Assembly (NCBI RefSeq): GCF_006345805.1
Contig: NW_021835773.1
Location: 1 to 38,192 of the forward strand
Length of the DNA: 38,192 bases
Source of the DNA: Octopus sinensis
Lineage: Eukaryota
Reading direction: 5' to 3'
The position numbers and the translations under genes were made by a program. Of this stretch, positions 9,704-21,499 are shown piece after piece; position 1 is the first letter of the stretch; each line of letters begins with the position of its first letter. Under the pieces are notes generated by a model. The model did not search any database. It saw only the letters and a program-made list of their open reading frames with translations, and was not told where the DNA came from.

Positions 9704-11077
9704 ATAATTTCTTTTATTAGTCGCAGGGTCATAAATGAGGGAGCCAACATAAGGAGAGACAATTTGTATGGGGATTTACATAAAGTACGAGGAGAAAGAA
9801 AAAGAAAAGCCAGTGAAATGGGGGTAAAAATCTTCAAAACATAACATAAATGAAGTTCTGCTGATAGAGAAGGAAATTTGAACTAAAGCCAGTCAAGGAA
9901 CCGCACCGATACACGATTAACCTGACCACTAAAAGCCAGAGTCCTTTCATAAGTTCTCCAATCAACAGGTGCATACTTAGAGTAGGGCTATTCACTCTAG
10001 CTATTTTTGTAACACTTAACACATCTTCCTTTTCTTCCCTCACTTTCCTTCTCTCCAAAGTATATATTGATGAGAGTTTGACCGAAGTGGATAGTGTCTG
10101 TCTTTCCTCAATCCGTTCACCGTTGTACACCAATGAGGATGATGATGAGGATGATGGAGGAAGAGAGCAGGAGAAGAAGTGGAGGAGGAAAGGAGGAGAT
10201 GATGATAATGAGGAAATGAGAAGGAAATGAGGAGGAGGAGATGGGAGGAGGAGATGGGAGGAGGAGATGATAGGGAGGACGAGATGAGGAGGAGGAGATG
10301 ATGATGATGAGGAAAGGAGGAGGAGGAGGAGGAGGAGATAAGGAAGAGGACAGGAGGAGAAGGAGGAAGAGGGGATGAAGAAGAAGAGGAGACGAGGAGG
10401 AGGAGAAGGAGGAGTATTTCGTTATTAACCCAAAAATTGTTTTTGGTTTTATACAAGGGTCCACCAATTTTTGTGGGTAAGGGTTTGTCAATGCCATTGC
10501 CCTTTGCAATTGAATCGTACTTTATTTTATCTTTTCCGAAATACTGAAGGTAAAAAAAACCCACAGAAAACAAAAAACAAATGACCGTTGCAGAATGTGA
10601 ACTCGGAACTTAGAGTCAGAAAATCGTACCAAATAACAACAAAACCAAACAACAACAACAACATGATAAATAAATAAATAATGAACCAGTGTGGGGTTTG
10701 TGTGCGTGTATGCGTGCATGCATGTGTGTGTATGTGTGTTAAAGGAAGGCACACACGCACACACATAGTGATAGAAAGTGTGGGTGAAGGAGAAATAGAG
10801 AAAAAGAAGTTGGTAGGTAGGTAGGTAGGTAGGTAGGTAGGTAGGTAGGTAGATAGGTAGGAAACTACTTTGAATCAAGTATGCGGAAGGTGCAGAATAG
10901 TAATGTGCAACATTTTCATTTCTTTATTTCTTTCTTTCTTTCTTTCTTTCTTTCTTTATTTATTTATTCCTGCTTTTCGCTTTTGGTTTTTCTAATCGGG
11001 TATGCGGTTGACATGGCGTCTACTGCTCAATATTCCGCCAACCTAAGACACACACACAAATAGACACACACACACAC

Positions 11078-11138
<61 letters not shown>

Positions 11139-11339
11139 AACACGCACACACGAACGCACGCACACACGAACGAACGCACGCACACACGAACGCACGAACG
11201 AATGCAAGCACGCACGTACGTTCACAGACACTCTTTTCGGCTGCCATATTGCAATAGCGTGTTTGCGTGTGGTGAATAGTAACACCGGCCCAGCGTGAAT
11301 AAAAGCAAAAAGAAAAGAAAAAAAAAAGAAGCAAACTAT

Positions 11340-11376
<37 letters not shown>

Positions 11377-11414
11377 GATGAAGCAGTGTGTCGACTGCGT
11401 TCTTTTCATGTTAG

Positions 11415-11481
11415 GTCTTGTTCGTGACCAACAGGCTGACGGCGGCCTGGAATTAACCGGATGTGAAACGATAGCAAAATG
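11415..11481 (+). CDS. Candidate 67-nt internal exon, product unknown: GLVRDQQADGGLELTGCETIAKW
   Basis: Acceptor ttcttttcatgttag|G, donor ATG|GTGAAA, open frame, unique GC-richer sequence between microsatellites. Confidence 0.3.
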
Positions 11482-11898
11482 GTGAAATGGGATTAGATCT
11501 GTGAATAAAAATTCATAGTCACTTTTGTCACGAACTTGTATTTGGTCAGATCAACTACAACTGCTGTGAAACGGAAGGAGCGGAGAGAGAGAGCATGAAG
11601 ATGGAGTAGCAGTAGGAGGAGGAGGAGGAGGTGGTGGTGGAGAAGGAGAAGGAGGAGGGAGGAGGAGGAGAAGAAGAAGATGGTTGGGGAAGAAGGTCGA
11701 GGAAGATAGGGAGAGAAAGAAGTGGACGGTTGGGGTGGGGTGGGGTGGTGGAGAGAGAAGTAGAACTGGGGGGAAAGGAGAAAGAGCGGAAAGGTAATAT
11801 GGTGGTGGTGTTGGTGTTGGTGGTGGTGGTGGTGGGAGAAATGAAGGTAATGGGTCGGGATGGGAGTAGGGGCAGAGTCAAATAGAGGGGTAAAACGA

Positions 11899-12000
11899 TG
11901 GTGATGATGATGATGATGATGATGATGGCGATTGCGTTTATAGTGGTGGTGGTGGTGGTGGTGATAAAACTGCTGCTACTGCTGGGGGGGGGGGTGATGT

Positions 12001-12038
<38 letters not shown>

Positions 12039-12042
12039 GTGG

Positions 12043-12097
<55 letters not shown>

Positions 12098-12290
12098 GAT
12101 GATGATGAAGATGATGATGGTGATGATGATGGTGATGATGATGATGATGGTGATGGTGATGGTGATGGTGATGGTGATGATGAAGATGATGATGATGAAG
12201 AAGAGAAGGAACAGGAGAGTAAATGTGATGGTAGTGATGATGATGATGATGATGATGCTGATGTTGACGATGACGACGATGACGACGACG
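11899..12290. repeat. (GAT/GGT)n compound microsatellite
   Basis: Directly visible; source of the poly-M/I/H ORFs. Confidence 0.95.
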
Positions 12291-13260
12291 CTGGTTGAGG
12301 TGTCGATGTCGACGATGGTGGGGGAGGGGAGGGGATGATAGCAACGGTGTCGAAGAATGCACATGGCGAGAAAGGAGAGAGAGAGACAAGCTGTGACGGT
12401 GGCGGGGCTGGGGTGGGGGCGGGGTGGCGTAGGGTGAAGAATTAGAGGAATGGAAGAAGAAGAAGAAAAAAAATCGATTCTCCGTACTCTCCTTTCTTTT
12501 TTTTCTCAACATCTTTTAGAAAAAAAAACATGCTCACCGTTTCCGTTTTCGTTTTCTTTTTCTTTTATTTTTTTTTCTTTCTTTCTTCTCTACCCACACA
12601 CGTTACACACACACACAGAGAGCCGTGTTAAGACATAGGCACACTGAGCTCTGACCCGGCGAAGAGACGTGGGGGGGGAGGCCCCGACAGGTTCTAAGTG
12701 TGGCCCAGTGCTAACCTATGTAAGCTGCTTTTTCTATGTAGGGCTCTTGGTGCTCTGCTGTGCAACAGGGGGGCTTCTTATGGTGTTAAGACGGCCCGCA
12801 CCACACATACACACTCATACACATTCATACATACACAAACACACACACAGAGAAATACCCCCCCACACACACATATGCACATGCACACACACACGTCATT
12901 CCTTACTACCATTCCACCGCCCATAATTCTCCTTTTACCTTTTCTTCCCTTCTCACACGCACACTGCTGAAGTATTTTGCAGCATTCTTTCATTTCTATC
13001 CGTTTCCTTCATGTCAAATCTAATCCTCGCTAGATTCTTATTAGTTAGCTGGTTGGCTGGCTGGTCGGCTGGTCGGTCGGTTGGTTGTTCCACTAGAAAG
13101 AACTCGTTCCGTTCTTCCTTCAATCATTCCCATCACTCACCCATTCAGCACCTCTCACACCTTTTTTTCAGGTTAATACATTAACCAATCTTTAATAAGT
13201 TTTACGTTTTACTCGTGCCCAGCATAACTGATTATTGCTCTTACTGTTCTGTTATTGTTT

Positions 13261-13331
<71 letters not shown>

Positions 13332-13358
13332 CTTGTTGTTATTCTTCTTCTTCTTCTT

Positions 13359-13389
<31 letters not shown>

Positions 13390-13479
13390 TTATTATTATT
13401 ATTATTTTCGCCTGTAATTTCAAAAAGGTAATGTCTAAAAGGAGGGAAAAATGGTGACTCAGATAAACAGCCACCTTTT

Positions 13480-13705
13480 TTGACCAGGTCCCGTTGGCTT
13501 TTGTAGGTTTAGGGTTTTTTCCACACACAGGAACCTTTCGAAAACGTTCTCCCTTTGGGAGTTTTCATTGTTGAGGTTTACAAATTGTTATAAAGATTTT
13601 TACTCGATGTTTTTCAACAAAACGGACAAAACCTTTGCAACCTTTTCGTCCTGTTTGTCCCTTTATGTAATCATGCGTGTCAGCCCTTGTGGCCAATAAA
13701 AAAGA
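13480..13705 (+). mobile_element. Diverged Tx1-like 3' UTR fragment
   Basis: TGACC.AGGT..CGT.GG.CTTTT.GTAGG...TTTTCCAC...AACCT block and the terminal CAGCCCTTGTGGCCAATAAA are shared with the 3635-3947 copy. Followed by (ATT)n. Confidence 0.65.
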
Positions 13706-13767
13706 ATATGATTATTATTATTATTATTATTTATTATTATATTTTTTATTATTATTATTATTATATT

Positions 13768-14051
13768 GAGTGAGGAGAGCAGTGCATGCCATCAAAGTGA
13801 AGTGACAACGGGGTAAAATATACGAAGCCCATATACCCATCATGACTACCGTCTGATAAGGGTTACACTAGGCACATGCATCACAACCATATGTGCGCGA
13901 CATGGTGATCTCATAAAAGATAAACAGCACATGAACTGCAGGTGGGGCCCAGTTAGAATTTTTCTTGGTTGAGTAGCCCATCCCGCTCAAAAGGTCCTGA
14001 ATAAGGGTGGTTTAAGGATGTTGAAAAACCACCCATGTTTCCAGAGGTGAA
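13768..14051 (-). mobile_element. 5'-truncated copy of the (AAT)n-embedded repeat (possible R4/Dong-clade LINE 3' end)
   Basis: Reverse complement matches 29503-29787. Flanked by (ATT)n on both sides. Confidence 0.8.
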
Positions 14052-14056
14052 TATTA

Positions 14057-14123
<67 letters not shown>

Positions 14124-15145
14124 TATTATTATTCTTTCTCCATGTAATCAATATGAAAATCAGAGAACAAAGCCCAAAGATCTGCCTGTAGCAATGTAAT
14201 TCATACTTGTTAAGAACCGGTCCGAAAACAATATATTGCCAGAGTCATCGGTTATATCTAGGGCCAATTATTGCACAAGGTTACTTCCTACTTACAAAAA
14301 CTCTTTTTGCCCTACAAAGACCCTCATTCGACTGTAACTGTTCGGACGATAGTCCTCTCCAATGGACAACCGTTTTACAAACATTTTCCTTAAGATTAGA
14401 CCAGCTAAAATGTAGTAGCGAAATCTCTCTGTAATTATGACCTGTCGTCTTTAAAAATAAGGGACGAATTCGATAATGTACTCTTCGATACATTATGCCT
14501 AATACAATGTAGACATATGTGAAAATGTGGTCAGTGTTTCGCTCCCACAGATAACCGCCTAACAAAGTGGGTAGATCAGATAGAAGTAACAGCTTGATCT
14601 CCTGGTAATTACGCCCTACCATTATATAAAAATAAAATAAGTGGAACATTCGTTAACATAGTCTTAAATACACTATGTCTGAAAAGAAAATTACGATTGC
14701 CATGACTGGAACGCCTTTGATCATAGATCTGCTCATTCAGAGCTCATCTGGCGCTAAATACTAAAAGCAGCAACAACAACAACAACATCGAGCACGACAA
14801 CGACGACAACTTCGACGCCTCCTTATCGACGTTTCTTGTTCTATGCCAAGCACTGGAGTGATATGGAAAAGGATTACTATAATCTTCGACACCATAATTA
14901 AAGCTGGCTTAACATTACTAACAGCAAGAGAAGATAATCCATTCTGAGAAGGTGTCAGAACCTTTAAAGAAGCCAAGGTCTTCAGAGTATTTACTGACTA
15001 CAATCTAACAGTAGCATCTATATAAAGTAAGGGATTTGCACGAAGTAATAAAGGGGTCTCTACATGCTTCGTTGATTTACAAGAAATAACAGCCAAATCT
15101 TCCTTATATTTGAACCCATCCATTTTAAAAGAGGAAAAGGACATA

Positions 15146-15635
15146 CGAGATGGTACCCAAAAGTAACGGGAAACGTTCTCTGTAGAACAAACACGATATA
15201 GTTCAGGCTTCCACCGCTAGAAGCCACTTGATGCGACCATCAGGCATCAGTCTGCCGACCGGCGTCGTCTGATCGCATCGTACTGCCACGTGGTGCGTCT
15301 TTGTTTTGCAGTGCTTCTCCCCCGTTCCTCGATTTTTGCGATGGCTGAAACGAAAGAACTCGTTGCTTCCGTGAAATTCTGTTTTTTACTGGGGAAAATG
15401 GCGACCGAAGCCGTTGTCATGCTCGAAACAGCTTACAAGGACGCTGCCATGAGCAAAACACAAGTTTACAAGGGGGGGGGTGTTCACGCTTTACGAATAA
15501 TCACTCGTCGCTTGCGGACTAACCACGTTCAAGGCGTCCGTCGAGCTCCCGAACGAATGAAAGCAGCATGAAAATTCATGAACTGATCTTGGAGGACCAT
15601 CACTGAACAATTGACGAACTTGTTGATATGACTTC
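15146..15635 (+). mobile_element. Mariner relic, left end plus degenerate transposase N-terminus
   Basis: TA followed by TIR-like CGAGATGGTACCCAAAAGTAACGGGAA. From 15341, MAETKELVASVKFCFLLGKMATEAVVMLETAYKDAAMSKTQVY, then after a frameshift ..PRSRRPSSSRTNE..KIHELILED..TIDELVDMT (mariner HTH region). 3' truncated. Confidence 0.85.
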
Positions 15636-16439
15636 ACATGGTCTTTTGCTGGTTTATTGACAGTTTAGTCTTCAGCTTAGCCTCTAGGCACAGAACCCAT
15701 AGGCAGAGGCTACTGATTCAGGAGACATCAGAGCATTTCTACACACAAATGAGCGTGAGTGATTCATGTTTAGGGATCAACCTTTCAGTGTCTTGAGCAC
15801 AGGGCCATCTTCTGCTATTTGACACATAACTAGGGCCCTCGACCTATTTGACCCCATTACTGGGTCGCCGTGGAAGTAGTGGTGGGGATGCTCTTTGTTC
15901 TGTTGGTACTGATGGCAATAATGGTGTTAAGTGTTGAAGGTTAAGCTCATGGTAGCGGCGGTGGTGGCGGTAGTGGCGGCGGTGGTGGCGGCGGCGGTGG
16001 CGGCGGCGGCGGTGGTGGTGGCGGCGGCGGTGGCGGCGGTGTTGAGCATCTGTTCATCCGCTCATGCCAGAGTGGACCTCGACCAAGTGATGGTGAAGGG
16101 GTAACTCCATCCTCGCCAACTACCCCATCTGAAGCTTTACCGTTAAATGCAGTTGAATGCTTCGCCCTGGAAATCATATTCGACCATCATATAAAGGAAT
16201 GAACACATTGTGTCATGTAATCCTAGATGTACTTAGCTTTAATGATAAACGGAATGGTGACAAGTGAAGTGTCTTTGTTGACAGATGTGATTATTCAGGG
16301 TTGAGGTGTTGTAAGACAGCTACAACAGCATCGACAACAACACCAACAATAGCAGCAGCAACAACAACAACAACAATACCGATGATATTATGATGACGGC
16401 AACGACATCGACAGCAAGAAAATGATAATGATAATAATG

Positions 16440-16491
<52 letters not shown>

Positions 16492-16541
16492 TGATGATGA
16501 TGATGATGATGATATGATGATGATGATGATGATGATGATAA

Positions 16542-16750
16542 TCCTTTCTACTATAGGCAAAAAGCCTGAATTTTTGAGGGAAGGGGCTTGTTAATTGCAT
16601 CGATTCCAGTGCTCAACTGGTACTTATTCATGCGACCCCGAAGGGAAGAAAGTAAAGCCGACCTCAACAGAATTTGAATTCAGATCGCAAAGACGGTTGA
16701 AATACTAAATATTTCGCCCCGCATGCTAACAATTGTGCCAGCTCACCGCC
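16542..16750 (-). mobile_element. tRNA-derived SINE family D, full length, diverged
   Basis: Minus-strand head GGCGGTGAGCTGGCAC..TTAGCA; core resembling the Nin/Deu-type block CTTTC.TCC.TTCGGGGTCG.....TAAGTACCAG; tail GTAGAAAGGA. Confidence 0.85.
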
Positions 16751-16769
16751 TTATATAAAGCAATAAATA

Positions 16770-17426
16770 GTCCTCTCTACGATAGGTACAAGGCATGAAA
16801 CTCTGTGGGAGGGGTCTAGTCGAATACATCGACCCCTCTACTCAACTGGTACTTATTTCGGATCTTTTCGGTTTGAACGGCAGTTTTAACATAATTTCTA
16901 GGTAACTAAAAAATTTTTAACTTCGTATACTGGTAGAATGTGTTTATAAAATATATTTTTCTCTTGGCTTTATTGAGAAAATTCTATAGTTTGTAAGATA
17001 TTTGTTGTTTTTTTCTTCAATTTCTGCAATTTCAACCAATCACTGACGTCTATTGAGCTAAAAACTATTCTGTGCCGTATGAATATGTCCCTCGTTTAAG
17101 AAACAGATTGGGTTTATTTACATTTGTGAAGAAAAAAAGATACCCTTCCCCACCCCTAACCCTAACCCTAACTCTAACCCTAACTATCCCTAAAACAGAT
17201 TGAAATGCAATAGACCGATACTAGGGTCACAAATTATGGGTGACGATTTCATATGACAACGCTAGAAAAGAATGCCGTTCAAACCGAAAAGATCCCTTAT
17301 TTCATCGATCTCGAAAGGATGAAAAACAAACTCGACCTCGGCGGAATTTGAACTCAGAACACGATAACGGACGAAATGCCGCTAAGCATATTACCAGGCG
17401 TGCTAACGATTCAGCCAGCTCACTAC
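16770..17426 (-). mobile_element. SINE family D copy split by a MITE (16770-16859 and 17296-17426)
   Basis: Removing 16860-17295 and one CTTATTTC copy restores ACTGGTACTTATTTCATCGA.C.CGAAAGG. Confidence 0.85.
16860..17295. mobile_element. 436-bp MITE, Merlin-like (GG termini, 8-bp TSD)
   Basis: Perfect 23-bp TIR GGATCTTTTCGGTTTGAACGGCA (16860-16882 / 17273-17295). TSD CTTATTTC at 16852-16859 and 17296-17303. Internal (CCTAAC)n at 17154-17193. Confidence 0.88.
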
Positions 17427-17514
17427 ATTAATAACCAAGTAATAATAAAACGACTTCGACTACAACAACAGCAAGAACAATGATGATAACAACAATTATA
17501 CTTTAGGCACTAAA

Positions 17515-17713
17515 TTCTTTTCTACTCTAAGAACAAGGCCCGAAATTTTGGGGGAGGAGCCAGACGATTAGATCGACCCTAGTATGCAACTGATGCTTAA
17601 TTTATCGACCCCGAAAGGATAAATGGTAAAGTCGACATCGGCGGGATTTGAACTCAGAACAAAAAGACAGACGAAACACCAGTAAGCATTTCGCCCGACG
17701 TGCTAACGCTTCT
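17515..17713 (-). mobile_element. SINE family D copy lacking its extreme 5' head
   Basis: Aligns to other D copies from the TTCTTTCTACTCTA tail to GTGCTAACG.TTCT, where the next copy's 3' end begins. Confidence 0.85.
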
Positions 17714-17945
17714 TATTTTTTTATTGCTCACAAGGGGCTAAACATAGAGGGGACAAACAAGGACAAACAAAGCGATTAAGTCGATTACATCAACCCCAGT
17801 GCGTAACTGGTACTTAGTTTATCGACCCCTAAAAGGATTAAAGGCAAAGTCGACCTCAGCGGAATTTGATCTCAGAACGTAAAGACAGACGAAATACTGC
17901 AAAGCGATTCGCCTGGCGTGCTAACGATTCTGCCAGCTCGCCGCC
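17714..17945 (-). mobile_element. SINE family D variant with a Tx1-like 3' tail
   Basis: Head GGCGGCGAGCTGGCAGAATCGTTAGCAC. Tail TTGTTTGTCCCCTCTATGTTTAGCCCCTTGTGAGCAATAAAAAA matches the Tx1-like termini at 13648-13703 and 5248-5277. Confidence 0.8.
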
Positions 17946-18313
17946 CTAATTAAAAATATATATAAATGAATAGATATGTAATTAGATAAATAGCCGAGTG
18001 ACGTATCGTTATACAGATCCCGTCTCTCTCCTATGAGCGCCCTCAGATGTTCTAGAAACGTTGATTCATAACATCAATAATGCATTCATTCACCTTCTCC
18101 ACATCACAACACGGATTCAATTGCAACAATGAACCAACGCCACACTGACCGGATTATATCTTAAAACAACAAAGAAAGGAAGGACACTTTGAACGTTATA
18201 GTTATTGAGTATACAAGGACGAGAATAAAGACCAAAACGTATCTCACTATGGAACGATTTGTTTGATGTGAGCTGACCTGAATGCTAAACACTACCACTA
18301 TCACCATATACAC

Positions 18314-18649
18314 ATATAAGGGATTAAGGGACGTAAATAATTCATAAATAACGAAATGAGACGAAATGGAAAAAAAGTGGGATAAAAACACATAATTTTA
18401 TGTGGGGTATAAGATACAAAAAATATATAGATTAAGAAATAATAGAGAAAAAGCGAAAAAAGGGGAAAACGGGAAAACGGGGGGAGGCGGAAAAACGGGG
18501 AGAAATGGAAAAAAAAACTGTTTGTATTATACTACGATGTGTTTAAAATGTTATACAGAGAAATGTTATAAGAATTATCATTTTGGATTTCGATGGACTA
18601 AGATAAATTTTCCGTAAATGACTTATTTATGTCCATTAATCCCTTATAT
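18314..18649. mobile_element. Probable MITE bounded by an imperfect 32-bp inverted repeat
   Basis: ATATAAGGGATTAAGGGACGTAAATAATTCAT (18314-18345) versus reverse complement of 18618-18649: 29/32 identical, with TA-containing ends. Confidence 0.55.
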
Positions 18650-18677
18650 GAGTATTTTTCAAATACATTATATAGAT

Positions 18678-19101
18678 TGTAAAGTATAGAAGCCATCTTA
18701 TCATGGCTAACCACATTGGGGAGGGGGTGTTACTGTAGCTTTATAGCCCCAAGAGATCTTCGTCTCAAGCTGGCTTTAGACACAATATCTGTGTCCTTGG
18801 AGTATTTGCAAAGGGAGGCCATCTCTTCCTCGCAAGCCTGAGTGATACGCTCGAACTAGTTTCGGGATTGTTGTCCCTCGTCAACGGGCGGCAACCACCA
18901 GGTAGCGATGAAAGAGAACGCTCCTTTGCAAATAGATATAAGTTTTTCTAATGGCGTCTGCCACTGATGTCGAATACTCCAAGGACACAGATATTGTGTC
19001 TAAAGCCAGCTTGAGACGAAGATCTCTTGGGGCTATAAAGCTACAGTAACACCCCCTCCCCAATGTGGTTAGCCATGATAAGATGGCTTCTATACTTTAC
19101 A
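18678..19101. mobile_element. Foldback element with a perfect 129-bp inverted repeat
   Basis: 18678-18806 is the exact reverse complement of 18973-19101, with a 166-bp spacer. Possible TSD is ATT (18676-78 / 19101-03) or TA. Superfamily unresolved. Confidence 0.85.
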
Positions 19102-20506
19102 TTATCGAGCGATTACTGTTTCAATCTCATTCTGAGATTTAATTATGATTATATAGATTATTTTAGCAAAATTTCAATGTATGATATGTCCACACATGAA
19201 CTCGGCAGCCTAATAAATTATTGTTTACGTTTGAATATTTGAAAACACGGTCCTCAGTTTAGTTTATTTCGTTGTTCAACAGCTGAAAGTATATATCTAT
19301 CCCTGAAGATATCTGATTAAATATGATTATTTTACATCTAAAATAGCTTGAATCCTGATAATTCAAACCTAAAGCCGGACTGAAACATATGCAGGACTTT
19401 TTCTTTTTATTTTTGGTTACTTCTTTGATTATTTCCTTTGTTGGTTTTGTCTCCTTATAGCCTGAATCATATATGTATTACTTTTTAATTGTGATACTAA
19501 TAAATTTAACCAAGTTTCCACTATATATAATTTTTCTTCTTCATTTTCTTTTATTAACTTTATACATACATACAGATGTATATGTGTATTTGTTTGTAAG
19601 GGCGCTGGTATGGCCGGTTGGTTGAGAAGCTTGTCGCCTTGCAATCACGTGGTTTCGGTTCCACTGAACAAACTTTGCATCGGCTTTCGCAATGGCTTTT
19701 TTCCAACTCATCTCTCATGTTTACATGTTTTCTACATGAAAGGAAAAAAGGGACGGGTGAGGGGAAGGGAGGGTAAAAGAGAGGAAGAGGGTGAGAGAAG
19801 GGAGAGAGACGAAGAGAGGAAAGATGTGAGGGATGAGGGGGAAAGATCAACTATGTATAGTTTATAGGAAAAATATATTACATTGATAGGGTAAAAAGAA
19901 ATTACATGGGCCTAACCACTAAGCCACTTAATAACCAATATTACTAACACAAGCATTCATTCAGGTTGATGATTTGTGCCAATACGCATATCTAAAAGTT
20001 GTCTAATAATATAAAATAATGTAGTCGAAGCAACTCTGTATAACAATGGAATACGAAACTGCAGGTTATGCTTGACAAAGATACTCCAGATACTAAAATA
20101 GCCAGTGATTTCTTTGAACAGGAGAAAATGTATTCAACAATCAATTTGGCCATCATTAGAAACATTTCCTTCTGATCAAATTCCTCTCGTAAACAATCGA
20201 TATTTTATTAGAGGTGGAGAGTAACTTACTCCTTACATTTGCATATCGGAACAGTGCTTTCCCTTACATAAGCTTCCAAACATTTTCGATTTTGACATAT
20301 GTACATACTTGTATTGAGTTCTTCGGGTTGTAAATGAAAACATACATTTTTTAATGTTATTTAACATTTAATCGTTCTTATCATTGGACTGCAGCCATCA
20401 TGTATATGTGTGTGTGTCTATATGAATGTATGTTTGAATGTATGTATGTATATATGTAAGTATGTATGTATGTATGTATGTATGTATGTATGTATGTGTA
20501 TGCATA

Positions 20507-20923
20507 TACTCTTTTACTCTTTTACTTGTTTCAGTCATTTGAGTGTGGCCATGCTGGAGCACCGCCTTTAGTCGAACAAATCGAACCCAGGACTTATTCT
20601 TTGTAAGCCTAGTACTTATTCTATCGGTTTCTTTTGCCGAACCGTTAAGTTACGGGGACGTAAACACATCAGTATCGGTTGTCAAGCGATGTTGGGGGGA
20701 CAAACACAGACACACAAACATATACACACACACATACATATACATATATACACATATATACGTCGGGCTTCTTTCAATTTCCGTCTACCAAATGCACTCA
20801 CAAGGCTTTGCTCGGATCGAGGCTATAGTAGAAGACACTTGCCCAAGGTGTCACGCAGTGAGACTGAATCCGGAACCATGTAGTTCGTAAGCAAGCTACT
20901 TACCACACAGCCACTCCTACGCC
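20507..20923 (-). mobile_element. tRNA-derived SINE family A, full length
   Basis: Minus-strand head GGCGTAGGAGTGGCTGTGTGGTAAG...GGTTCCGGATTCAGTCTC, CORE-like CACCTTGGGCAAGTGTCTTC, internal TA/TG microsatellite, (GTAAAAGA)n tail. Confidence 0.92.
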
Positions 20924-20960
<37 letters not shown>

Positions 20961-20991
20961 TTATGTGTATGAATGTATGTATGTGTAGGTT

Positions 20992-21042
<51 letters not shown>

Positions 21043-21046
21043 TATG

Positions 21047-21077
<31 letters not shown>

Positions 21078-21499
21078 GCGTGTACGTATGTATATGAGTG
21101 CGTACGCGTGCGTTCTGTGTTATGCGCATGCGTTGTGTTGTGCATGTGCCACATTTTGTGCGTTATGTGTTACATGCAGGATATAACAGTATAAGGTTAA
21201 TGATAACAGTGATCAGTGCGAGATACATTAATCCCGAATGCGATCGTGACTGACGGATCACATCGTATCACATTTCATTCCGCTATCGACTCACTTTATT
21301 GGTTTCTGTTCCGTGTTTGTGCAAAATAACTCTCAGAAACAGGTGGAGTAGAGGTAGAGGCAGGGCGGAATGTAGCAGGTGTGTGTGCGTGGGTGGGAGA
21401 CACATGCGGGGGGATGAGGTGAGGCGGAGACAGGGCGTGGATGTGGGTGGTGTGGAAGTTGTTGTTTATTAAACTCGAGTGTAGTGTGTTTGCGTGGCG

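Noticed and set aside
9700-10620. Heavily degenerate SINE-like remnants
   Set aside because: Too diverged, or low-quality consensus, to assign boundaries or family.
15947-16177. Polyproline ORF resembling a formin/WASP proline-rich segment
   Set aside because: It derives from a (GGC/GGT)n tract, stops immediately after the prolines, and has no FH2/WH2 or other supporting exons.
17154-17193. True telomere or chromosome-fusion scar
   Set aside because: Only about six degenerate units, fully enclosed within a TIR/TSD-bounded MITE.
20050-20190. Protein-like stretch VMLDKDTPDTKIASDFFEQEKM
   Set aside because: Poor acceptor, no convincing donor, under 45 codons and no recognisable homology.
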